A stretch of 64,000 nucleotides of DNA, taken from Eledone cirrhosa (lineage: Eukaryota). Shown here in pieces: positions 26,201-35,481 of this stretch. The stretch is from assembly GCA_964016885.1 (NCBI GenBank), contig OZ024742.1:260834001-260898000 (forward strand). The letters are read 5' to 3'. The notes below the pieces were generated by a model. The model saw only the letters and a list, made by a program, of their open reading frames with translations, was not told where the DNA came from and did not search any database. Each line of letters opens with the position of its first letter. The stretch's first letter is position 1. The position numbers and the translations under genes are program-made.

Positions 26201-26743
26201 CTGGAAACTGTTCAGAAACGTGCAACCAAGCGCATACCCTCCATCAGACACCTACCATACTCTGAATGCCTTGCTTCCCTGGGCATGGATTCATTGAAGC
26301 TCTGACGTCTGGCAATGGACTTGGTAAACACCCACAAAGTTATTAACCATCTCACCAACAACAACCCTGAGCATCTTTTTGATCTCCATGTGTCTAACAC
26401 ACGTGGACATGCCTACAAAATCAGAAAACAGCACAGCTCCCATGACTTTCGGAAACATTTGTTCACGCTCAGAGTTGCTGAAGCATGGAACAAACTGCCT
26501 GCATCAGTTGTTAGCTGCCGAGACACTGCATCTTTTAAAACCCTCATGCTTCCCAAAATTCGCCAAAACTACACCTGATGTACCCCTTCCATACACATGC
26601 ACACGTGTATATCATGACTCATGCACTGTTCATTTTCCTGACGTTTGTGCATTACCCTATGTACTATACATACACTTTTTGATGAGTTGTAGTGCACCTG
26701 AGCACTGTACACAATATTTCATTATTATTATTATTATTATTAT
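23250..26743 (+). mobile_element. Near-full-length decayed CR1-type LINE (ORF1 remnant, APE endonuclease, RT, 3' UTR, (TAT)n tail)
   Basis: TETW, GYNLFRKD..GGGV, DFNHPEIDW, SDH, NYRPVSLTS, YLDFTKAF, GVPQGSVLGPLLF, YADD, TRGHAYKI, RVAEAWNKLP. It interrupts the Merlin ORF. Confidence 0.95.
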
Positions 26744-27024
26744 TAAAAACAAACAAAATCTGTTTCATCATTTTTTTTATTGATGCAACCAATTTATATC
26801 ACCCCCTCCCAGATCGCCAGCAAAACATTACCTTGAATGAACCTGCTTCAAATCCGGAGACAGAAAACAGAGGCCTGTTCTATTACTGTCCAATGCTTTT
26901 CAAATCACATTATTATCATTTAAAATTTTTTTTTTTTTTAAATTTTAAGGCTAGTTGGTTGATAAAACTCCGACCCAACACATACACATATTTAAATAAA
27001 ACACGAATAATTTTCAACTGTTTT

Positions 27025-27600
27025 GAATATCGGATTCGTTGTTAACACACAAAAAAACATTGTAAAGAAAACAAGAAAACTCCGAATGGGTGGGAACAGA
27101 TCCGACAGTCCGCCTCCAGAGACAGATCCGACGATCCGACCCCGATTGAAAATAAACAAAATGTCGTTAGCGGCATGTCTGGAGGTCAGATTCGTTGTTA
27201 ATACAGAAAAACATATGTAAAAAATATTTGATCTACTAAACTCCGCGAATTTTTCCCTAAACTCCGCGAATTTTTCCCTTTTCTACAAAGTGACTCATTT
27301 CCGACTAGTTTTAAGGTCTTATTCGTCATAACACGAAAGAAGAAAAAAGAAAACGTAAAGAAAACTCCTGGAAGATTAGGGGCAGGTCCGAGGCCCTCCT
27401 CCCCTGCACTTTGGGGTAAGATTAGTTGGTAGCACTCGAAAAATTGAGGGAAAACATGGCAAAGAAAACTCCAGTTGAGGTGTGTGTGTGGGGAGTCAAG
27501 GGTCACCCCTCTTCTCCCACTTTTAGTGGAAAAAGTCCTTTGCGGCATATTCGGAAGTAAGCTTAGTTGATTAGTACATGAAAATAAAAAAAAAAAAGAA
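27025..27600. repeat. Degenerate repeats with a period of about 130-160 bp, possibly Merlin subterminal; includes a 21-22-bp tandem duplication
   Basis: ATTCGT(TGT/CA)TAA(C/T)AC...AAAA...GTAAA at about 27034, 27190 and 27321. CTAAACTCCGCGAATTTTTCC occurs twice in 27236-27278. Confidence 0.5.
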
Positions 27601-28599
27601 ACAAACAGGAAGAGAGTGGTGGTGGTGGTTCTATAAATTTACCAAATATCATTTATATCACTCTTTTAATGTTTAAGAATTGACCTGGTACTAAACAAAA
27701 CAGGAATAGACATTGGTAAATACAGTCTTAGATATAGAAAACTACAGGTTGCTCATATTTGAAACCTCTTAGTTCAGTAGTTCCCAACATCTTCCCTACG
27801 AAGGAGCCCCTTTATTTAAGTTACTGTTTCAGCTGAGACATTGCTACAATTACTCCCCTCAAAGATTGTTATACACTGAGAATAATAATCAGTGGAAAGA
27901 AATCTTTTACTTAGAGGAAAATAGTGTGCATATATCAGGTTTTAACTTTTTTAATTTGGCTCCCAGTCTCTCTGAACAACCTTTGTTTACTTAGGTTGAG
28001 TTTATAGCCAGTAGTTAGCTGACCTTTCAGTTTGATACATGCAGACTGGAAGATATATAAAGAAATGTGTATATAGAGATATCAACATACTATTTCATGC
28101 CTTGAACATTGAAATAAAGGAAACGTCGCTATCAATTTAAATATAGAAATTTAAAAAATGTATCCCTCCTTCATTATATTTTAAAAATAAAATTAAAGTA
28201 CCCTATCTGATTATCTTACTATCAATCTCTATGTCTATACTATGTATCTATTCTCTGGAAATATTTCACTTCCCTCTTTCTAGTTTTTATATTTCTAGTC
28301 AAATAACTTCTCTCTAATACACTTTGTGTTGACATTTAATCATCTATTGTATTTTCTACTGTCTATATATTTCAGTTTACCTGATACCACTGATATAACA
28401 AGTTCTCACACAATATTATAAAGAATGTGAAAAACTAAAGAATTATTTTATAAAGTTTTCCAAATATATTTTCCCGGATAGTTCTGAACAGTGACCGAAC
28501 TCCAGAAATTTAATAGAAAACTTGACCAACATGTATCTGGATATATATAGAGTACTGAAACAAGTACAACCATAAAATATTCTGAAACATCATTTAACT

Positions 28600-29040
28600 G
28601 AACATGTACATATATACCATTGTAAATGTAAAGAGGAAAATACCATATGATTGTGATGTTTAGAGGAAATCATTCTCTAAAAGACATACTATGACTGTTC
28701 ACAAACTTACCCACTCAGATGAGAAACCCCACCACTGTGATATGTATGGGTTGGCATTTTCTCACAATAGTACATAAACTTCATACCAATGTGCATAGAT
28801 TGGTGAGAAACCATACAACTGTTATACTTGTGGTAAAGCCTTCTCGGAAATCATTCCACTGATATGGTAAAACATTCTCTGACTAGTGGGTTAACTACAC
28901 ATAAATGTGTGCACTATTGAGAAACCATTCCACTGTGACATCTGTGGTAAAACATTCTCTCTCAGACTTGTTTTGATTGTTCACAACTGAACTTTTACAG
29001 GTGAAAATCCCTATCAATGTGATGTCTGTGATCACATTAG
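28600..29040 (+). pseudogene. C2H2 zinc-finger pseudogene lacking the N-terminal leader
   Basis: About five frameshifted fingers (GAGAAACCATACAACTGTTATACTTGTGGTAAA; GAGAAACCATTCCACTGTGACATCTGTGGTAAAACATTCTCT). 27620-28575 is an inverted paralog of 38590-39690. Confidence 0.85.
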
Positions 29041-29720
29041 GGTGTGATTTTTTTTTTGTCAGGTGCGAATTGAAATCACAACTCATAATGTATTTCATAA
29101 ATGTATTACAAAAATTTATATGTGTTTGCATTCTTCTTTGCTCATTTTGCTGTTATTGAAAATTGTCTGAAAGCAGTTTTTTTTAGCTCTTTCTCTGTTT
29201 TTCAGTGCAACATTAGATTTGGCTGCATCAACTTCATTTTCAAATTTTGAATTAACTTAAACTCATATTTAAATCAAATTGTTACATTAGTTGGTAAACT
29301 ATGAAATTTGTGCCAGTTTGCCTTGTGAAAGCAACATTTCACATAGAAGCTCTTTAATTCCACTGGCACATTAGAATGCATCCTGTCTTTGCTGTAAAGT
29401 AGTTGACAATAGGAAGAGCATCCAGCCATAAATTGCACAAAAATTATAGGAATTTTTTATTTATTGTTGCTGTTTTGGAACAGACCTGTGTACAGTGGTG
29501 TATCTCGGGTATGGCAAGTGCCCTGGGCACCACCACTCAGCAGTTTCTGAAAAAAAAATTATTTTTTCAAATTCTGTAACTTTTTCAAAAGTTTAACTAA
29601 ATTCGTTAATTATTAATTTTTTAATCTGCAGTATTTCTTATATTTTTCTATCTATTTTGTTTATAAAAATAATCTGCATAATTTTCTTATTGATCTATTT
29701 ATTTTTCATATTTTAAAAAA

Positions 29721-30839
29721 TCTCTCTGTATATAAAACAGAAGATGTATGTCTGTGTGTGTGTGTATGATTTTTATGCATTTCCACATTTCTCTACCGAT
29801 TTTGATGATTTTTTTCCCAATGTGCTCCAAATTTACTAACGATGGTCAACGCGTAATAAACTTTGCCAAAAATTTCCTGCTTCTATGAAAAAAATCGATA
29901 AAACTAATACATGCTGTAACCCTCTCTCACACGCTTATTCCCTCTCTCTACTACCTAACAGCAACAAAACTTCGTTCAGAAACGCAACATAAACTTTGAA
30001 AACTAAGCAACATATCATTTTATACAGCAACAAACATAGTCATAACGCTCTTCTCTCTCTATAATTTAACTGCTGGGGAGTCATTGGAGTTCCGTATTGA
30101 CATACAGCTTTTCTGGGGTATTTTAAATCGGCTTATTGCAAATAACAACCTGCAAAATAACACTTCATATAACAGATTAATGCTATAGACATATGAATTG
30201 GAATGTTTAAATTATTTATTTTTTACGACTTTCATTGGTTAAATATTAATATGACAACACCCATAGTGTTGTACTTCTGGCAATTCTGCTGAATACACTG
30301 CCAAGGATGAACCTTTTCCTCTCAGCTTCAGATATCCCGTTCGATTTCCGGCAATCCCAATTCCCGGTGAGACCATGTTTTGCCATGTCCATTAACAAGT
30401 CATAAGGGCAAGGGCAAACATTGTCGGTGGCGGGCATCCATTTGGGGGAGCCATGCTTCTCCCATGGCCAACTTTATGCTTACTCTCCTCAACGGATGAC
30501 ACGCAATATCGTCTACAAAGAGGTGCTATAGATGTTGGTGCAGGTGTTGGAGCTATGCTGTCTGGAAAACTATTTCCTGGTAGGGTCACCCATGGCGGAC
30601 AGATCTGACACCCAGCGACATCAGGGCCACCATCTTGCAACTTTGGTCTGCTAAATTCGCTATTGGAAGATTATTAACCCATCATTGATTGTCCAAAATG
30701 CTAATTGGTTCATAACTTTTAATAACCAGTTCAACTGCTTTATGCACTTAATTGATATTCGCTTTCAAGCCACGTTTACCTGTATGTAACTTTTCATAGC
30801 AAATGAACAAACCCGAACAACGCCGGGCTAAACTGCTAG
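29721..30839 (+). mobile_element. Internally deleted Helitron with helicase C-terminal remnant (about 30290-30531)
   Basis: Starts A|TCTCTCTGTATATAAAA and ends CCCGAACAACGCCGGG...CTAG|T. Translation PRMNL..DIPFDFRQSQFPVRPCFAMSINKS*GQ..CFSHGQLY..RNIVYKEVL*. Confidence 0.9.
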
Positions 30840-31184
30840 TACACAATATATTAATGTGATTGTACACTCAAATAAATGAAGTATGACATATGAAAAAGGA
30901 AAATTCCAGTGATATATTATACAATATAAAATATGGTATGAGATAAATATAGAAACAAAGACAAGCACATGTATTTCACCTGATATGACTTGTCTCACAA
31001 CGGGACAACTCGTTTAACCCATGCTAGTGTGGAAAAATGGACGCTAAATAGTGGTGATAATGATGTGGATGTGTGTGTGTATATTTATATATATATATAT
31101 ATATATATACGAGATTACAGGCGGGTTATCAGAGAAGATAGGCATTGAATACAACAGATTCACAGAAATAAGCACGAGGAACAT

Positions 31185-32210
31185 ATCATCATCATTTTAC
31201 GTCCGTTCTTCCACGGTAGCATGGGTTAGAAGGGTTGTCCTGTTGTGGGCAGTGTCCGGTCAGCTGACCTTGTCTTGCTCATAGGGGAACTGATTCTGGC
31301 TTGATTTCTACAGCTGGATACCCTTCCTAACACCAACTTCATTGCTTTTTTTGCCATGGCACTTTCACGACCACTTTGCAGTGAAATGATAGGAACCCCA
31401 GTCCTATCATCTCATTTCTACAGCTGAGTAAACTGGAGCAATGCGAAATAAAGTGTCTTGCTCAAGGAAATAACACATCATCTGGTCTGAGAATTGAATT
31501 CACAACCTTTCGATTGCAAGCCCAATGCTCTAACTCAGGGGTTCTCAACCTTTTTTTCGCTGTGGACCACCAAAATAAGTAATTTTTTCCTGTGGACCAC
31601 CTAAACTTTTAAATCTTTTGTAATAGAACTGCTACTTATAAGCATCAATAGATGTTTTTTTTCAATGAATTAAAAATGGTATTATCATGTCACAGTGCCT
31701 AAAAATCTATGCAAATAAACAGCTGAAGTCGTACTTATGCGAAGAATAAGAACAGCGCTTTAAGTCAAATGCATGGATCAAAAAAGAATTTGCTATTGCA
31801 CCAAGCAACGCATATCTTATTCATTAATTTGAATTTTTTCGATTTCATATCTCAGCGACAAATATGAAGCATTGATGTTGAGAATAAGTTTCTACTTCTA
31901 ATTGGTAAGATCGATTTGATTGGTCAATACCATTTTCACTTTGCTATGAAAGTTCCTTTTTTGTTCCCCTAAGGGACATGTTTTAAGCACCAAGACGACA
32001 GAGAACACCAATTTGAAAATGTCTATTTTTTCTCTCACAGGTGCGAGGTGTAATGAGGCATGTTTCGTTTGTGTGACGTGTGCGCGTACGGAAGAATTTA
32101 TATTTTTCAGGTGGTCCACAGAAAACTTTCTGTGGACCACCTGAATTTTCCTGTGGACCACATGGACCAGGTTGAGAACTCCTGCTCTAACTACTAAGCC
32201 ATGTGCCTTC
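31185..32210 (-). mobile_element. Full-length tRNA-derived SINE family B (V-domain-like core, GAT tail) interrupted by a hAT element
   Basis: Head GGCACATGGCTTAGT.GTTAGAGC...GTGAATTCAATTC and core CCTTGAGCAAGACACTT. An uninterrupted copy lies at 52202-52550. Confidence 0.85.
31536..32184. mobile_element. Non-autonomous hAT element
   Basis: TIRs CAGGGGTTCTCAACC / GGTTGAGAACTCCTG. Perfect 8-bp TSD CTCTAACT. Repeated subterminal TGTGGACCAC. Confidence 0.95.
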
Positions 32211-32261
32211 ATATGTGAAATGAAATAGCTCTAATTATCAGGGAGGCTCCTTAGAAGTTTC

Positions 32262-32655
32262 GCCTTGCTTCCCTGGGCATGGATACATTACAGCTCTGAC
32301 ATCTGGCAACTGACTTTGTAGACACCTACAAGATTATTAACTATTTTCCAACAACAACCCCAGGCATGCTTCAAAATCAGAAAACAGCACAGCTCTCAAG
32401 ACTTTCAGAAACATATTTTCAAGCTCAGAGTTGCTGAAGCATGGAACAAACTGCTTGCATCGGTTGTTAGCTGTTGGGACACTGTATCCTTAAAAACTTC
32501 CATGCTTCCCGAAATTCGCCAACACTACATCCAATATTCCCCCTCCATACACTGTTCACTTTCCTGACCTTTGTACATCATTCTATGTACTAGACGTGCA
32601 CCTTGGTTAAGTTGTAGTGCACCTGAGCACTGTACACAATAATTTTCATTATTAT
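32262..32655 (+). mobile_element. 5'-truncated CR1 LINE 3' end
   Basis: Aligns with 26268-26740 (GCCTTGCTTCCCTGGGCATGGAT...GTAGTGCACCTGAGCACTGTACACAAT). Confidence 0.9.
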
Positions 32656-32924
32656 ATATACTTAAGTTATAAGAACGTAAGTTAGAGTGGATAATGACAG
32701 TTTCAAATGAACTTTAATCTATTAAAGCAAGCGTTAATTTATATTTCCAGGTCAACATAATTAAGAATGCCGTGTTAATTACAAATCAAATATATTTAAT
32801 TAGATTTTCTAAATTACAGTTGTAAACTGGAGATGATAAAGCAACTTAGATGCGTATAAAACAAATGAACAAAATTTGTTAAGATTTCACTGTCAGGGGA
32901 AGTAACTCTATATCTTTAAATATA

Positions 32925-33900
32925 CAAATAAAATACAGAGTTACTAACTCATGTTGATACCCTGCAATTAACAAGCTCAAAGTATAAATACTGAGAATTA
33001 TACCGCCGAGGTTAACTTTGCCTTTCATCCTTACGGGGGTCGATAAAATAAAGTATCAGTAATACACTGGCTAATTTGCTGGCCTTGTGCCAAAAAGTAG
33101 AAACAATTATATAATAATATATGTAGAAATAAACACAGTAAATTGTGTGTCTAAAATTACAAGGGTAGAAATACCAAATTGGTTTGAAAGATTTAACCTG
33201 AAGCATACGTAAGATGTATAATAAATATATACCGTATCAATAACTATTTCACCCTCGGACAGATTAGAGATTTAATGTTTCACTCTGAAAATTGTGTTTG
33301 TAACAGATTAAATCTCTAATCTGTCCGAGAGATGAAATAGTTAGATACGGTTTATATTTATTCTACATCTTACATATGCTTCAGGTTAAATCTTTCAAAC
33401 CAATGTGGTATTTCTACCCTTGTAATTTTAGACACACAATTTACTGTTTATTTCTACATATATTATATAATTCTGTATTTATACTTTGAGCTTGTTAATT
33501 GCAAGGTATCAATATGAGTTAGTAACTCTGTATTTTGGCTCCCTAAATAGGTGAGCTTATAAGTTGGGTGTACTAAGGCTATCATTTCTAGCATATCCAC
33601 TCATAACATCCAACAAACGAGATGGGATATTCATTCGTGTGGATTGTAGTTACATGTGTTTGTTCCATTTGATCTCATCTCTCGCTGAGGAAAGCCTACG
33701 GATTATCTGTTTCAAACACAATTTTCAGTGTGAAACAGATCAAATCTCTAATCTGTCCGGGAGATGAAATAGTTATTGATACGGTATATATTTATTATAT
33801 ATCTTACATATGCTTCAGGTTAAATCTTTCAAACCAATGTGGTATTTCTACCCTTGTAATTTTAGACTCACAATTTACTGTTTATTTCTACATATATTAT
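32925..33900 (+). mobile_element. Penelope-pLTR or retrozyme-like insertion: inverted arm plus partial 432-bp tandem, with a hammerhead-like core
   Basis: 32930-33275 is the reverse complement of 33305-33535 apart from a SINE at 33003-33105. 33302-33468 is repeated at 33734-33900. A 14-bp direct repeat TATCTTTAAATATA flanks it at 32911 and 33901. Confidence 0.7.
33675..33767 (+). ncRNA. Candidate type I hammerhead ribozyme motif (stem II not clearly formed)
   Basis: Stem I TCATCTCTCG / CGGGAGATGA, CTGAGGA at 33685, GAAA at 33732, stem III ACAGAT / ATCTGT, GTC site at 33755-33757. Confidence 0.55.
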
Positions 33901-35481
33901 TATCTTTAAATATATAAAGTTTACAAAGACTAAATCATAGCTGAAAATATATATCTCCTCTTTCTCTCTAACCTAACTGAAACTTAAAGCTTTTCTCTTT
34001 CCTCATTGCAAAATAATTTATTTCCATCTTGCTATCATTTTGTATATATCACACTTACCGAAGAACACCAGCAATGCATCGTCCAGCTTCTACTACTGCC
34101 TTACCTGAATTTTAAATATATCATGGAGGAAATCTTTTACTGCCATTGGTCTATGACCAGTTCTTAAGTTTTTACTGCCACCAGTTGTCATTAAAAATAA
34201 AACTATAAACTCCCTTAATCCATCTTTCCGAAATTTACCATAAATTCCAGTATAATATATACCCCACAGGTAACATATGGCTCAAGAAAATATTTTTCAA
34301 TGAGGTTTTCACTTTAGTGTATGTATGGCTAATTAAATTATTTTTTTAAAGATAATGTTTTACCAAAGATATTACAATGGTTTGATTTATATAACGTGTG
34401 ATATGTATATGACAAGTTATACGAGCATACTGTAACAATGTTTGGCTTCAGAGCACATACTTGTGTCATTTCCCCCTTTATAAGTACATTTCTGAATAAT
34501 CAAGACTATTTTACTAAACAACTTACAATGGTGGAATGCAACGAGCCTCTGTCAGTTTCGACGATGAGCATTCCATTTGTTTGGTCAACATGACAGTTCA
34601 TGAAATTAATACGATTGAGCATTCAATTGACATGTACATTAGGGGAATTCAGTATGAAACAATGTGACAAGGCTTGCCCTTTGAATTACGCATACAGCTC
34701 ATCTAACAGTCTTCCAAACAGTTACCATCTATTCAATTTCACTCACAAGGCATGTGTCGACATGAGGTTATGGTAAATGACACTTATCCCTTGACATGTA
34801 GTAGGATCAAACTTGGGGCATTATGATTGCGAAGCTAACTTCGTAAACATTCAACTATGCTGTGTTCATAATGATATAGTTTATTTAGTGTGAAATATGT
34901 CTAGTGCAAATTAAACAAATAGTTAAAGAGATCTCACAGTGGTGTGTCATTATTGGTTAGTCACAGGTCAGCCATGATTGAACATAGCCCAACTGTATTC
35001 CAACTGTGACCACTCTATCGTTTTTTAAGCATAGTGTATGAGACTGCCTCATTCAATGTGCCTTTCTTTTTTTGAGATTTTACATGATTTGGTGACACAG
35101 CTATTATTTCTATTAAGTCAAGTACTCAATAAGTATGTTGTGAGCAGCCAAGTCAAGGTTACGACAAAATATTTTACCATATAACCCACATTGGTATTGT
35201 TTCTTATCAAAATTCGATTCTGATAAATTTACTGGCATAGTTTCTCAACTATGTAGAAACTTAAGTGAAAATTCTCATTGGTAAGTTTCTAAATTGTGTG
35301 ACTAATTTACTGAGAAAGCTGACAAAAACCTTTTAGCACAATATGCTTTATTTGTGAATATGTTTCTGAACAATCAAGTCTATTTTGAGAGAATGTTTGA
35401 TTACAAATATCACACTGGAATGGTTTCTCACTTGTGTGAGTAAGTCTATGATGAGAAAAAGCACACTTTTTAGAAAATGTT

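Larger units (their letters stand above)
19982..26890 (+). mobile_element. Merlin (IS1595/IS1016-like DDE) transposase pseudogene in three pieces: 19982-20126, 22575-23249 and 26744-26890
   Basis: N-terminal CPHC, then IGGESIEVEVNKT...RRKYGRGQ...WLFGGIER and HLVINHSESFVD..IHTQNMERF. YLARYLFI continues as KNKQNLFHHFF after the LINE. Confidence 0.85.
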
